Notes under the pieces: model-generated
Told to the model about the DNA's origin: nothing
The model's input: only the letters and a program-made list of their open reading frames with translations
Databases searched by the model: none
From: Lawsonibacter sp.
GTDB lineage: Bacteria > Bacillota > Clostridia > Oscillospirales > Oscillospiraceae
Direction: 5' to 3'
NCBI GenBank assembly: GCA_045601925.1
Contig: JAZSAP010000092.1
Coordinates: forward strand, 1,723 to 65,722
Length of the DNA: 64,000 nucleotides
Shown: piece by piece, positions 41,651-51,715 of the stretch
How positions within the stretch are numbered: the stretch's first letter is position 1
Layout of the letters: every line of letters begins with the position of its first letter
Translations under genes and position numbers: made by a program

Positions 41651-42762
41651 CCAACCTGCACGGCATCATCTTCGCCTACCACTCCAATAATTCCCTGGGG
41701 GAGCTAGCCAAACCCCGCAACACCTGCTCCCTCCCCTACGGCGGTCGCTACCGCCTGATTGACTTCATGCTGTCCAACATGGTCAACGCCGGCATCAGTG
41801 ACATCGGTCTCATCGTCCACGAAAACTATCAATCCCTGCTGGACCATGTGGGTTCCGGTAAGGACTGGGACCTGAGCCGTAAGCGCGGCGGTCTGCGCAT
41901 CCTCCCCCCCTTCAGTACCGAGGAAAGCGCCCACCGCGTCTACTCCGGCACCCTGGACGCCCTGACCGGCGTGTCCTCCTACCTCTCCGGCATCAAACAG
42001 GAGCACGTGGTACTGGCTTGGGGCGACATGGCCATCAATATCCCCCTAGAAGAGGTGTACCGCCAGCATATGGAGCGGGGCAGCGACGTCACCATGGTCT
42101 GTTCCGACCGCCACTACGGCATCCCCTCCGCCACCCAGTATCTGACCACCACCAGTGACGGCCGGGTCCTGGACGTGCTCACCTACCCCTCCACAGCCCC
42201 CGAGGCGGCGGAATTCCTCAGCATCTGCATCCTGTCCAAATCCCTCCTGCTGGAACTGATTGAGGATTGCACCACTCACGACGTACATACCTTCACCCGC
42301 GGCGCCCTTCTGCCCCGTTTGGGCGAGCTGGCCATCCATACTTACACCCACACCGGCTATGTGGCCCGTTTCGACAGCGTCCGCGATTATTACGACCGCT
42401 CCATGGACCTGCTGAACCCCGATGTCCGCCGTCAGCTCTTCCTGCCTGACGCCCCCATCCGCACCAAGGACCGCTCCGACCCCTCCACCTACTACAGCCC
42501 CGACTCCAAGGTGACCAACTCCCTCATCGCCGACGGCTGCGTTATCGAGGGTGAGGTAGAAAACTCCATCATCTTCCGCGGTGTCGTGGTGGAAAAGGGT
42601 GCCCGGATCCGCAACTGCGTCCTCATGCAGGGTACCACCGTCCATGCCGGCGCGGACCTTGCCTGCGCCATCGCGGATAAAAACGTAAAAATCGGTGCCG
42701 GTCACCGTCTGATCGGCAACGCCGCCTTCCCCATCGCCATCGGCAAAAACTCCATCGTATAA
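41647..42762 (+). CDS. glgD: Glucose-1-phosphate adenylyltransferase subunit GlgD
   Basis: GGRYRLIDF and [14 protein letters not shown]. Follows glgC with an ATGA overlap. Confidence 0.93.
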   Translation: MTNLHGIIFAYHSNNSLGELAKPRNTCSLPYGGRYRLIDFMLSNMVNAGISDIGLIVHENYQSLLDHVGSGKDWDLSRKRGGLRILPPFSTEESAHRVYSGTLDALTGVSSYLSGIKQEHVVLAWGDMAINIPLEEVYRQHMERGSDVTMVCSDRHYGIPSATQYLTTTSDGRVLDVLTYPSTAPEAAEFLSICILSKSLLLELIEDCTTHDVHTFTRGALLPRLGELAIHTYTHTGYVARFDSVRDYYDRSMDLLNPDVRRQLFLPDAPIRTKDRSDPSTYYSPDSKVTNSLIADGCVIEGEVENSIIFRGVVVEKGARIRNCVLMQGTTVHAGADLACAIADKNVKIGAGHRLIGNAAFPIAIGKNSIV

Positions 42763-42763
42763 A

Positions 42764-42812
42764 GCCTTCCCCTGGGGGAAGGTGACCGAGCGCAGCGAGG
42801 TCGGATGAGGGG
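42764..42812. repeat. Short intergenic palindromic repeat (CIR/RIME-like)
   Basis: gccttcccctgggggaaggtgaccgagcgcagcgaggtcggatgagggg, a double-hairpin motif. Confidence 0.55.
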
Positions 42813-42874
42813 AACACCATCACCACTCAACCACCTCCCGCGCTCCCCCAATCCCACAAAAGCGAGGTAACTCT

Positions 42875-44311
42875 ATGAACATTCTTTTCGCCGCATCAGA
42901 AGTAGCCCCTTTCATCAAAACCGGTGGCCTTGCCGACGTTGCCGGCTCCCTGCCCCCCGCCCTGGCCCGAGCGGGCCACGATGTCCACGTCATCCTCCCC
43001 CTGTATGAGGGCATCGGTGACGATTGGCGCAGCCAAATGACTTTCCTTAAATATTTCAACGTCCCTCTGGCCTGGCGCAGCGCCTACTGCGGTGTGTTTG
43101 AACTGGTTCGGGACGGCGTCACTTACTGGTTTGTGGATAACGAAGGGTATTTCAAGCGTTCCACCCTCTACGGTCACTTTGACGACTGCGAGCGGTTCGC
43201 CTTTTTCTCCCGCGCGGTGCTGGAAACCGCCGGTCAGCTCAACTGGCCCGTAGACATCATCCACTGCAACGACTGGCAGACTGCCCTCATCCCCGTCTAC
43301 CTGCTGGAGGACCGCTACCGCATCCCCCAGCTGTCCCACGCCAAAACCGTCTTCACCATCCATAATATCGAATACCAGGGTCGTTTCTGCAAACAGGTCA
43401 TGGACGATGTGCTGGGTCTGGACTGGAGCTATTACAACGACGGAACCCTGGCCTGCTACGAGGATATCAACCTCATGCGGGGCGCCATCATCGCCGCCGA
43501 CTACATCACCACCGTCTCTCCCACCTACGCCGACCAGCTCCGCGACCCCTACTATGCCCACGGCATGGAAGGCATCATCGCAGAGAACAGTCACAAGATG
43601 CAGGGCATCCTCAACGGTATCGACACCGACCTTTATAACCCCGCCACCATGCCCGCCATCGCCCAAAACTTCTCCCCTCGGGCCCCCGTCACCGGCAAAC
43701 GAGCCTGCAAGGCCGCCCTGCAGAACGCCGTGGGCCTGAACCCCGACCCCAACATCCCCGTCATCGCCTGCGTGTCCCGCCTTGTGGGCCATAAGGGGTT
43801 CCATTTGGTGACCGAAGCACTGGACCGAATCATGTCCCTGAACGTGCAGATGGTGGCCCTCGGCACCGGCGAGTGGGAGTACGAGCAGGCCTTCCGGGAT
43901 GCCCAGTCCCGCTACCCCGGCCGCTTCTCCGCCCAAATCATGTACTCCGCATCCCTGTCCAACGTTATCTATGCCGGCGCGGACTTGTTCCTCATGCCTT
44001 CTGTATCCGAACCCTGCGGTCTGTCCCAAATGATCGCCATGCGGTTCGGCACCGTCCCCGTGGTGCGGGAAACCGGCGGCCTGCGTGACAGCGTGCCACC
44101 CTATAATAAGTACACCGGCGAGGGTCGCGGTTTCTCCTTCGCCAACGTAGACAGTGGTGACCTGTTCCACGTCCTGTCCCAGGCCGTGGAGCTATACCAC
44201 ACCGACACCAAAGCCTGGCGCAAGCTTCAAAAGGCCGGCATGACCGCCGATTTCACCTGGAAAAACTCCGCCAACCTTTATTTGGATATCTACCGTCAAC
44301 TTCTCGGTTAA
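42875..44311 (+). CDS. glgA: Glycogen synthase
   Basis: KTGGLADV, HCNDWQT, TIHNIEYQG, EPCGLSQM and ETGGL. Confidence 0.97.
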   Translation: MNILFAASEVAPFIKTGGLADVAGSLPPALARAGHDVHVILPLYEGIGDDWRSQMTFLKYFNVPLAWRSAYCGVFELVRDGVTYWFVDNEGYFKRSTLYGHFDDCERFAFFSRAVLETAGQLNWPVDIIHCNDWQTALIPVYLLEDRYRIPQLSHAKTVFTIHNIEYQGRFCKQVMDDVLGLDWSYYNDGTLACYEDINLMRGAIIAADYITTVSPTYADQLRDPYYAHGMEGIIAENSHKMQGILNGIDTDLYNPATMPAIAQNFSPRAPVTGKRACKAALQNAVGLNPDPNIPVIACVSRLVGHKGFHLVTEALDRIMSLNVQMVALGTGEWEYEQAFRDAQSRYPGRFSAQIMYSASLSNVIYAGADLFLMPSVSEPCGLSQMIAMRFGTVPVVRETGGLRDSVPPYNKYTGEGRGFSFANVDSGDLFHVLSQAVELYHTDTKAWRKLQKAGMTADFTWKNSANLYLDIYRQLLG

Positions 44312-44319
44312 CTCCAAGC

Positions 44320-44418
44320 AAAAACCCGGACAGCAATTTGTGCTGTCCGGGTTTTTCCTTTCCCCTTACAACTAACAATGCCCCCGCAGTCCAAATAGAC
44401 TGCGGGGGCATTGTTTTG
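44320..44418. terminator. Pair of intrinsic terminators between convergent genes
   Basis: aaaaacccggacagca/tgctgtccgggttttt and aacaatgcccccgcagtc/gactgcgggggcattgtt. Confidence 0.8.
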
Positions 44419-44440
44419 AAAAAACAGGAGGAAAACAAAT

Positions 44441-44650
44441 TTAGTTGGCGGTAAAGGTCAGTTCAAAGCCCTTGGCGCTCAAATTGGCAATGGCCACCCC
44501 CATGCACACACCGGTTTCGGTCATAGTGCCGGTCTTGATGTTGATACCCCCCTCAGCCTGGACGGCCATATCCGTACCGGGCAGCAGAGACACTACTGTC
44601 ACAAGCGCAAGCAGGAACGATGTGACTTTCTTCCGGTTTATTTCCTCCGT
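44441..44650 (-). pseudogene. Fragment of a secreted/surface protein gene (signal peptide plus a short stub)
   Basis: RKKVTSFLLALVTVVSLLPG signal-like stretch after GGAGG, with no clear start codon, ending about 50 aa later. Confidence 0.35.
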
Positions 44651-44925
44651 TCGTTTATCCGCTGCAAGGCGGGCCGGAACGCCCGCCCCTTTCGCAATTG
44701 AAACAAATCGTTTTTGTTGTATCAAGACACCCCCGTCAGGTCAATGAAATTTTGGCGCACTTTCCTCGTTTTTCACTCTTTTGGCACCTTTGGGAAAATC
44801 TGCCCTTTTCTTGCAAATGCCGCTTGTTTTTCCGCGCCCAAGCCTATATAATATACTGGACGGAGAATAGGAACGCGGTCGCTGATGCGGCTGCCTCCAC
44901 ACCAAAAGAAAAGAAGGTATGCAAT

Positions 44926-45729
44926 ATGAAAAATCTGCGCGATCTTTACGACCTGACCGGCAAGGTGGCCATCGTCACCGGCGGCCGCGGCCTGTACGGC
45001 GCTTCCATCTCCACCGGCCTGTGTGAAATGGGCGCCACGGTGATTATCGCCTCCCGCAACGTGGAAAAGTGCGAGGAGCTGGCCGGCGAACTGCGCGAGC
45101 AGGGCTACAGCGCCTGCGGCATGGCGCTGGACCTGAGCGATGACGCGTCCATCAAGGCACTGGTCAAGAACGTTGTGGAGAAATTCGGCAAAATCGACGT
45201 TCTGGTCAACAACGCCGTGGACCGCCGCAACATCGTCGGCATGAGCGTGGCCACCCGTGAGAAGCTGCGCGACTCTGCCGAGACCAACCTGAACGGCCAG
45301 CTGCTGCTGAGCCAGGCGGTGCTGGAGTACATGGTCCCCGCCAAAAGCGGCAATATCATCAACATCAGCTCCATGCGCGGCCTTGACTGCCCCCACTTCC
45401 CCTTCTACCCCGAGGGCTTTGGCGAGCAGCCCGTCAACTACACCACCGAAAAGTGGGCCATGATCGGCATGACCAAGTATATGGCCGGCCGCTACGGCAA
45501 GGACGGCATCCGCGTCAATGCCGTGGCCCCCGGCGGCTTCACCACCATGGGTAAGAATCCCACCCCCGCCCAGGCCCAGTTCCTGAAAAACTATGAGGAG
45601 CACTGCCCCCTGGGTCGCTTTGCCAACGATGACGACATCAAGGGTCCCGTGGCCTTCCTGGCCAGCGACGCGGCCGCCTATATCACCGGCGCCACCCTGG
45701 TCATGGACGGTGGCTGGACCATCTGGTAA
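44926..45729 (+). CDS. SDR family oxidoreductase
   Basis: TGGRGLYG, DVLVNNA, NISS, YTTEK (YxxxK), IRVNAVAPGG and ITGATLVMDGG. Confidence 0.92.
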   Translation: MKNLRDLYDLTGKVAIVTGGRGLYGASISTGLCEMGATVIIASRNVEKCEELAGELREQGYSACGMALDLSDDASIKALVKNVVEKFGKIDVLVNNAVDRRNIVGMSVATREKLRDSAETNLNGQLLLSQAVLEYMVPAKSGNIINISSMRGLDCPHFPFYPEGFGEQPVNYTTEKWAMIGMTKYMAGRYGKDGIRVNAVAPGGFTTMGKNPTPAQAQFLKNYEEHCPLGRFANDDDIKGPVAFLASDAAAYITGATLVMDGGWTIW

Positions 45730-45746
45730 ATTAGGAGGAATTTGAC

Positions 45747-46682
45747 ATGATTTCCTGTACCGAATTTATCCCCGCCTACAGCGAGCTGTTCCATTACCTG
45801 GACGAGACCTTTGGCCGGGAGGAGATCGACCGCTACTGGGCCACCCTCTTCAAGCCCGACGGCAAGGGCGGCACCCTGATCAACACCCTGCTGGCCGAGG
45901 GCATCCACGGCTGCTGGACCCACTGGACCCACAGCCTGAATGAAGAGGCCGCCGACTTCGCCATGTACCTGAACGAAAAGCGCGGTTTCTTCTACAACGA
46001 GATGTTCTGGTGCCCCTCCAAGGGCAAGCTGCTCAAGCTGCAGGACGAGATCGGCCTGAAGCCCTATCCCGACTACTGCCTGCACTGCGACGGTTACCGT
46101 CTAGCTGTGGAAAAGGCCGGTCTGAAGTACATCTACAACTTCATCGGCACCGACAAGGCCGCCTGCTCCATGCTCATTTACGACCCCGAGGTTTTTGACG
46201 GCCGCGTCATTCTAGACGAGGATACTCTAGTCATGCGCCGCAACGCCGCCGACAACGAGTACTTCCACCCCAGTTTCCACTTCAGCCTCAGCCGCTGCAT
46301 CCACTACATCGGCGAGAACTACGGCCTTGATCACGTCCGCGCCGCCATGACCCGCTACACCAAGAACGCCCTGTGCAAGACCATCGAAGCCATCCCCACC
46401 AAGGGTCTGGCCGCCATCCGGGACAAGATCGTGGAGAGTTACGAGCTGGACAAGGCTCCCGACGCCGTCAAGTGCGAGTTGACTGACAACTCCCTGACCG
46501 TCAACGTGTCCTACTGCCCCGCCATCAAGTGGCTGGTGGACAACGGCAAGTGGCTGTCCCCCTGGTTCCGCTACACCACCGAGTGCGTCATGGAGGTGCT
46601 GGCCGCCGAGGTCGGTGCCAAGTTCGAGATGGAACACTATGACGAGCAGACCGGTGCCTGCACCTATCGCTTTACCAAGTAA
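45747..46682 (+). CDS. Hypothetical protein with two tandem Cys-containing domains (V4R/ATC-hydrolase-like)
   Basis: Strong AGGAGG RBS and host-like codon use. Internal similarity between halves (HYL..TFG/HYI..NYG and WCPS/YCPA). Confidence 0.6.
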   Translation: MISCTEFIPAYSELFHYLDETFGREEIDRYWATLFKPDGKGGTLINTLLAEGIHGCWTHWTHSLNEEAADFAMYLNEKRGFFYNEMFWCPSKGKLLKLQDEIGLKPYPDYCLHCDGYRLAVEKAGLKYIYNFIGTDKAACSMLIYDPEVFDGRVILDEDTLVMRRNAADNEYFHPSFHFSLSRCIHYIGENYGLDHVRAAMTRYTKNALCKTIEAIPTKGLAAIRDKIVESYELDKAPDAVKCELTDNSLTVNVSYCPAIKWLVDNGKWLSPWFRYTTECVMEVLAAEVGAKFEMEHYDEQTGACTYRFTK

Positions 46683-46722
46683 TTTTACTGCCCACGCTTC
46701 AGGGTGCGGGGAAACAGTACAT

Positions 46723-46758
46723 AAAAATACCCGACCCTATGCGGGCCGGGTATTTTTG
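46723..46758. terminator. Bidirectional terminator
   Basis: aaaaatacccg...cgggtattttt between convergent genes. Confidence 0.7.
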
Positions 46759-46765
46759 CATCGTT

Positions 46766-47389
46766 TCACTTGGTCCGGGGGCAATGCCTCTTCAGATAGT
46801 CCAGCACCACCGGAATCTGCTGCGGCTCGGCAAAAACTGCCGGGGCTTTTTTCGGCCCGCGCAGCCGGATGCAGTTTCGGTCCGGGTCGGCTGCAATTTC
46901 CTTCACGCAGTCCAGCCGAGCCGTGCGCATCCCACAGACCCGCAGGGACGGCTGGCTCTGTCCACCCACCCACTCCGCGAAGGCGTGAGTCACCTTTTCC
47001 TTATCCGTCTTCCCCTTCACCTGCTGGCAGGACAGGGTGTTCTCATCCATGGTAAACAGCAGACACACAATGGGACCGTTCTCCACCAGGCGAAGTCCGA
47101 ACACCACCAGTGCCGCCACGGCCGCCACCCCAATCAGCGCCAATACGACCAGCAGGGAGTCCAGCAGCGCCCCGATCCCATTGATGCCGACCTGCACCAG
47201 CAGTACCAGCAGACCAACGGCGGCACACAGCCACACATAGTTCCAAAACAGCGCCAACAGGACCGTAGGCTTTTTGCGCTGATCAAATTCATAGGCCCAG
47301 CGCAGCTTTCCGTCCGTGCCGTAGATGATACCCTTGGGACTGACGTAAGCTCTGCCGCCGGGGCGCACAAAACCGGGAACGTTGTTCAT
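46766..47389 (-). CDS. Hypothetical membrane protein (2 TM plus a soluble C-terminal domain)
   Basis: GGAGG RBS before the ATG at 47389 and two hydrophobic helices. Confidence 0.6.
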   Translation of the reverse strand: MNNVPGFVRPGGRAYVSPKGIIYGTDGKLRWAYEFDQRKKPTVLLALFWNYVWLCAAVGLLVLLVQVGINGIGALLDSLLVVLALIGVAAVAALVVFGLRLVENGPIVCLLFTMDENTLSCQQVKGKTDKEKVTHAFAEWVGGQSQPSLRVCGMRTARLDCVKEIAADPDRNCIRLRGPKKAPAVFAEPQQIPVVLDYLKRHCPRTK

Positions 47390-47735
47390 AGGGGTGTCCT
47401 CCGTTTCATGGGATGTCACCGATCATTATACCCCTCGGTGCACACAAGTGCAAGCACCGGCCCCCCGCACCGCACCACCAGCGGGTCCAAATTTATGTGC
47501 AAAACGTGCGTTTGGTGCAAACGGCCGATTTCCTATATGCCTTTTTAAGGGTATCCACTCAAAATCTCAAATAGATATTCTGAGCCGAAACCCTTGTATT
47601 TTCAAAGGCTCTGTGCTATACTCCAAGCAAGAAAACCCTAAAGATTGGTGCGTTTCTTCCGTTTTTCAGGACTTTATGGACAATCTGATGCTTTTTATGG
47701 ATTTTTTGATGTACTTAAAATGAGGAGGAGCTTTT

Positions 47736-50700
47736 ATGGACCCGAAAACCCACTATACCCCAACCGAAAATGGCTATGCCATCAACGGCAGCTGTGAGCT
47801 GTTCAACCGCACTCTCTACGGCTCCCACAAAAATGACCATGAGACCGCCCGCTTCTTCACCTTCGCGGGTGATGCCCCCCAGTTCATGGGCACCGTCACC
47901 GACTGGGCCGTCAACCCCGTCACCTATCAGGAAAAGTGCGGCGTGCTGGTCAGCGGCCTTGCCATCACTCCCGGCCGCCGCTCCGGCTTCTACTACACCG
48001 ACGACATTGACCAGACCTCCCGCTGGTTCCACAATTCCGAAGACGTTCTGGCCGAGTTCAAAAACGGCTGGATGGAGTACGAGCTGAGCCAGATCTCCTC
48101 CTGGTTCCCCAACGTCAGCGTCAAGATGGAGGCATACCCCCTCCTGCCCGAGGACGGCTATTTGGTCCACTACCACATCACCACCAACCAGCGATGCTTC
48201 TTCGCCGCCGGCTTCGGCGGTATCACCGAAATGCAGGGCCGGTTCGAGATGAAGGGTGAGCCCCGCCGCTACTTCACCGCCGACAATGCCAAGGGCAACA
48301 AGGTGGAAATCGGCACCAACCGCGCCCACGTCACCCACACCGACGGCAAGCATATGTGGGTGGCCACCAGCTTCCCCGCCCAGTTCGCCGTCGGCTCTGC
48401 CAAGGCCATGGCCGACATCTACCCCAGCACCTTCCTAGGCAACGACCCCGAGAACGAGGACGATCAGGTGGTCAAAATTTCCGCCGTCATCGAGCCGGGT
48501 CAGGCGCTGGACGGTTTCATCATCGCCCTGCGCAACGAGGATGAGGCCACTTTGGACAAGTGGCTGTCCATGAAGGACCCCATTGGCTACATCAAGCAGC
48601 AGATCTATGCCAAGTTCGCCTGCATCGACGTGTCCACCCCCGACCATCCCCTGGACCTGACCGTGGTGCCCAACGTCATCGCCCTGGATGCCTCCTGGCA
48701 CAAGGACGCCTTTAACCACGGTGCCTTCGCTTTCCACAACCCCTATTTGGGCTGGCGCAACTGGTACGCCCCCACCGCCATGCACTGGAACGAGCGTGTG
48801 GAAAAGACCATCGACATGTGGATGAGCTACATCACCCGCGGCGACATCGCCGACGAGCAGGTCATCTACGACGAAAGTCCCGTGCCCGAGGGCCGCACCG
48901 GCCACATTGGCAACCGCTCCGAGATCAAGGGCGGTGCCGGCCGTCTGCCCGCCTACTTCAAGCCTGACCACAGCCCCATCTACGGTCCCTACAACATGCA
49001 GGAATGCGCCATGGACATGATGCTGCACTACATCGAGTGGTCGGGCAACTTCGAGTTTGCCGCCAAGCACTTTGACGATATGTGCGCCATGGCCGATTGG
49101 GACGCTCGCATCTTTGACCCCGACAACGACGGTCTGTATCAGAGCATGCTAAACACTTGGATCTCCGACGGCCACCAATATAACGGCGCCGGCTGCACCC
49201 AGGCCACCGCCTACAACTACCGTGCCAACCTGGTGCTGGCCAAAATCGCCGAGAAGATCGGCCGGGACGGTACGCGCCTTGCCCAGCGGGCCGAGAAGAT
49301 CAAAAAGGCCATGGAGGAAAAGCTGTGGATGCCCAACGTGGGTGTGTATGCCGAAAGCTTGGACACCATCGGCAACCGTCTGCTCCACCCCGAGGTGGAG
49401 CTGCCCACCGTCTACCACCCCATCGACTCCTTCATGGTGGACCACCGCAAGGCATACCGCACCCTGCGCTACACCGAAAAGCACCTCAAGAGCATTTCCA
49501 CCCCCGGTCGTGGCGGCCGTTTGACCTACTCCTCCAACTGGCTGCCCAAGCAGTACTCCAACTGCGGCCTGTTCCCCTCCGAGAACTCTCACCTGGCCCT
49601 GGCCTACTTCCAGGTCGGCCTGAAGGAAGAGGGCAAAAAGCTGCTGGACGGCATCACCGACTGCTTCTTTACCGGCCGCAACCCCGGTATGGCCCCCCAC
49701 ATCCAGTCCAACCGCTGCACCTCTGACTTCGGCGACTCCGACTTTACCGATACCTCCAGCATGTACCTGCGCATGGTGATGGAAGGTCTGTTTGGCATTC
49801 GCATCAACTCCGTGGACGGCTTCGTGCATATCCAGCCCGGCCTGCCCGAGGATTGGGAACATGCCAGTCTGACCCTGCAGGACATCGGCCTGCACTACCA
49901 CCGCCGCGGCAACGAAGAGACCTTCAACGTCCATTGCGACCGCACCGAGACCAAGCGCTTCCGTATCCCCATGCGCGCGGCCAACGTGGAGCTGGTCCTG
50001 CTGGACGGCGAGGCCGTGTCCTATGAGATCGAGGCCGGTGTCAACAACAGCTTCCTCATCGTCAAGACCGATAAGGTGGGCAAGTTCCAGCTGCGTGTCA
50101 TCCACGGCAAGACCCCCGTCCCCACCGTGGCCGTGGCTGAAACCGTGCTGGCCGGCAACAAGCTGTCCTTCCAGGTCAAGGGCGGCACCCTGACCGAGGT
50201 CTACGACGTGTCCGAGACGTTGGAGGACATCTCCATCGTGGGCAACAAGGTCTACGCCCGCGCCAAGGATATCGCCGGCGACCACACCCTGTTCCTGCGT
50301 GTGCAGGCCGGGGAATACGACGCCTGGCTGGCCGCCGATTACGACATCGAGGCCGAGGATGTGGCGGTAGAGCCTCTGGAGGAAAAGCCCTTCCAGCCGG
50401 TTGACATCTCCTGCTTCTTCAACTGCAGCACCACCGAGCTGCATAAGCAGTCCTATATCCACCCCCTGCCCAAGGGCTTTACTATGCGCCTGTTCAAGAA
50501 TGGCCGCGCCGCCCACAACTGGAATCAGTGGGGCTACCGCGGTCTGCACGTGGACGACACCGGCCTGCGCAACTGCGGCGGCACTGTGGTCTCCCGTTCC
50601 GGCATCCCCTTCGCCACCCCCGCCGAAGGCAACAACCTTGCCTGCGTGTCCATCTACGACGTGTTCCCCACCGCCACCACCTTCCCCCTGAGCGGTAAGG

Positions 50701-51011
50701 GTCAGGAGATTGCCATTTGCTTCATCGGCAGCACTTACTGGATGCACACCGGTGTGGAGAATGTCCGCTTCACCGTCACCTATGCCGACGGCACGACGGA
50801 GGACACCCCCCTGGTCTATCCCACCAGCATCGATGACTGGATGACCTCCGCCCTGACCACCGAGGCGGAGAACCTCTACATCAGCAACTTCAACCACGCC
50901 ACCGTCAAGCGCATCCGCATCAATCCGGATAAGGAGCTGGCCTCCATCAAGGTGGAAGCCATCGCCAACGAGGTCATCTTGGGCGTGGTTGGCATCAGCG
51001 TCAGCCGATAA
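47736..51011 (+). CDS. Large putative glycoside hydrolase, DUF4450-like N-terminus with a six-hairpin (alpha/alpha)6-type core
   Basis: FNRTLYG, YLGWRNWY, DPDNDGLY, NTWISDG and EGLFGI. Strong RBS, no signal peptide. Confidence 0.6.
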   Translation: MDPKTHYTPTENGYAINGSCELFNRTLYGSHKNDHETARFFTFAGDAPQFMGTVTDWAVNPVTYQEKCGVLVSGLAITPGRRSGFYYTDDIDQTSRWFHNSEDVLAEFKNGWMEYELSQISSWFPNVSVKMEAYPLLPEDGYLVHYHITTNQRCFFAAGFGGITEMQGRFEMKGEPRRYFTADNAKGNKVEIGTNRAHVTHTDGKHMWVATSFPAQFAVGSAKAMADIYPSTFLGNDPENEDDQVVKISAVIEPGQALDGFIIALRNEDEATLDKWLSMKDPIGYIKQQIYAKFACIDVSTPDHPLDLTVVPNVIALDASWHKDAFNHGAFAFHNPYLGWRNWYAPTAMHWNERVEKTIDMWMSYITRGDIADEQVIYDESPVPEGRTGHIGNRSEIKGGAGRLPAYFKPDHSPIYGPYNMQECAMDMMLHYIEWSGNFEFAAKHFDDMCAMADWDARIFDPDNDGLYQSMLNTWISDGHQYNGAGCTQATAYNYRANLVLAKIAEKIGRDGTRLAQRAEKIKKAMEEKLWMPNVGVYAESLDTIGNRLLHPEVELPTVYHPIDSFMVDHRKAYRTLRYTEKHLKSISTPGRGGRLTYSSNWLPKQYSNCGLFPSENSHLALAYFQVGLKEEGKKLLDGITDCFFTGRNPGMAPHIQSNRCTSDFGDSDFTDTSSMYLRMVMEGLFGIRINSVDGFVHIQPGLPEDWEHASLTLQDIGLHYHRRGNEETFNVHCDRTETKRFRIPMRAANVELVLLDGEAVSYEIEAGVNNSFLIVKTDKVGKFQLRVIHGKTPVPTVAVAETVLAGNKLSFQVKGGTLTEVYDVSETLEDISIVGNKVYARAKDIAGDHTLFLRVQAGEYDAWLAADYDIEAEDVAVEPLEEKPFQPVDISCFFNCSTTELHKQSYIHPLPKGFTMRLFKNGRAAHNWNQWGYRGLHVDDTGLRNCGGTVVSRSGIPFATPAEGNNLACVSIYDVFPTATTFPLSGKGQEIAICFIGSTYWMHTGVENVRFTVTYADGTTEDTPLVYPTSIDDWMTSALTTEAENLYISNFNHATVKRIRINPDKELASIKVEAIANEVILGVVGISVSR

Positions 51012-51027
51012 TTCGATCTGACCAACA

Positions 51028-51063
51028 AAAAAGGGAACGAGTCTATGACTCGTTCCCTTTTCT
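51028..51063. terminator. Intrinsic terminator
   Basis: aaaaaagggaacgagtc-tat-gactcgttccctttt. Confidence 0.8.
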
Positions 51064-51164
51064 TATTGTTTGTTTACCGCAGCCAAAAGAACCGTTCAGA
51101 GGCCAGCCGTTCCTGCTGGCCGTGGAGGAGAAAGCAAATTAAGTTCAGCCGCGCAGGTAGTTGG

Positions 51165-51637
51165 TCAGCATCTGTGCGGTCTGGGCCCAGGGGCCTTCTC
51201 GGTGGCGTTGGTGAAGGGCAGATTTTCAAGCAGGCCCTTCTCAACCGCCCAGCGCGGGGCGTTGGCCGCCCAATCGCTGTGGCTGCCCACATTGGCAAGG
51301 TCGCCGTAGCCGGCAGGGGTGTTGGAGTAGTTCCACAAGATGACCGCCACTTGCTCGATTGTCACGGTATCCTCGGGCTTGAATACGCCGCCGCCAAAGC
51401 CGGACACCACGCCGCAATTGGAATCCCAGGTGACCGCGTTGTTGAACCACTGGGACGCAGGCACATCGGAGAAGCTATGCTTCAGGCCGTTCAGGGCGGG
51501 CTGGCCCTCCTTGTTGTACACCACCATGGCCCGGTTAGGGTGTCGTTTGGGCCAAAGCTGATGGCATCCACATTCATCACCGTATTGCGGGAGCAGTCGA
51601 TCTGCGTGCCAAAACACTTAAACGTCAACTCGCTCAT
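51165..51637 (-). pseudogene. Chimeric pseudogene: 5' stub of a GH20-like gene fused to a frameshifted S-layer homology (SLH) fragment
   Basis: MSELTFKCFGTQIDCSRNTV resembles the neighbouring hexosaminidase N-terminus. It continues into SFGPNDTL/RAMVV and FSDVPASQWF...VSGFGGGVFKPEDTVT SLH motifs in a shifted frame. Confidence 0.7.
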
Positions 51638-51715
51638 AATATTTCTCCTTTTCCGCCTGATTTCAAGGGGTTTCTCCTGCCGCAATTATAATCGCCCCTC
51701 ATAAAACACAAGCAG

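Noticed and set aside
44640-44730. Possible c-di-GMP riboswitch before the surface-protein stub
   Set aside because: Only a GC hairpin and a GAAA are present. The GGCAAA...GAAA...GACGCAAAG consensus is not matched.
47587-51675. GAAACCC(C)TTG motifs at about 47587 and about 51664 in inverted orientation around the DUF4450-like gene
   Set aside because: They are short and imperfect, with no recombinase or transposase nearby. That is insufficient to call element ends.
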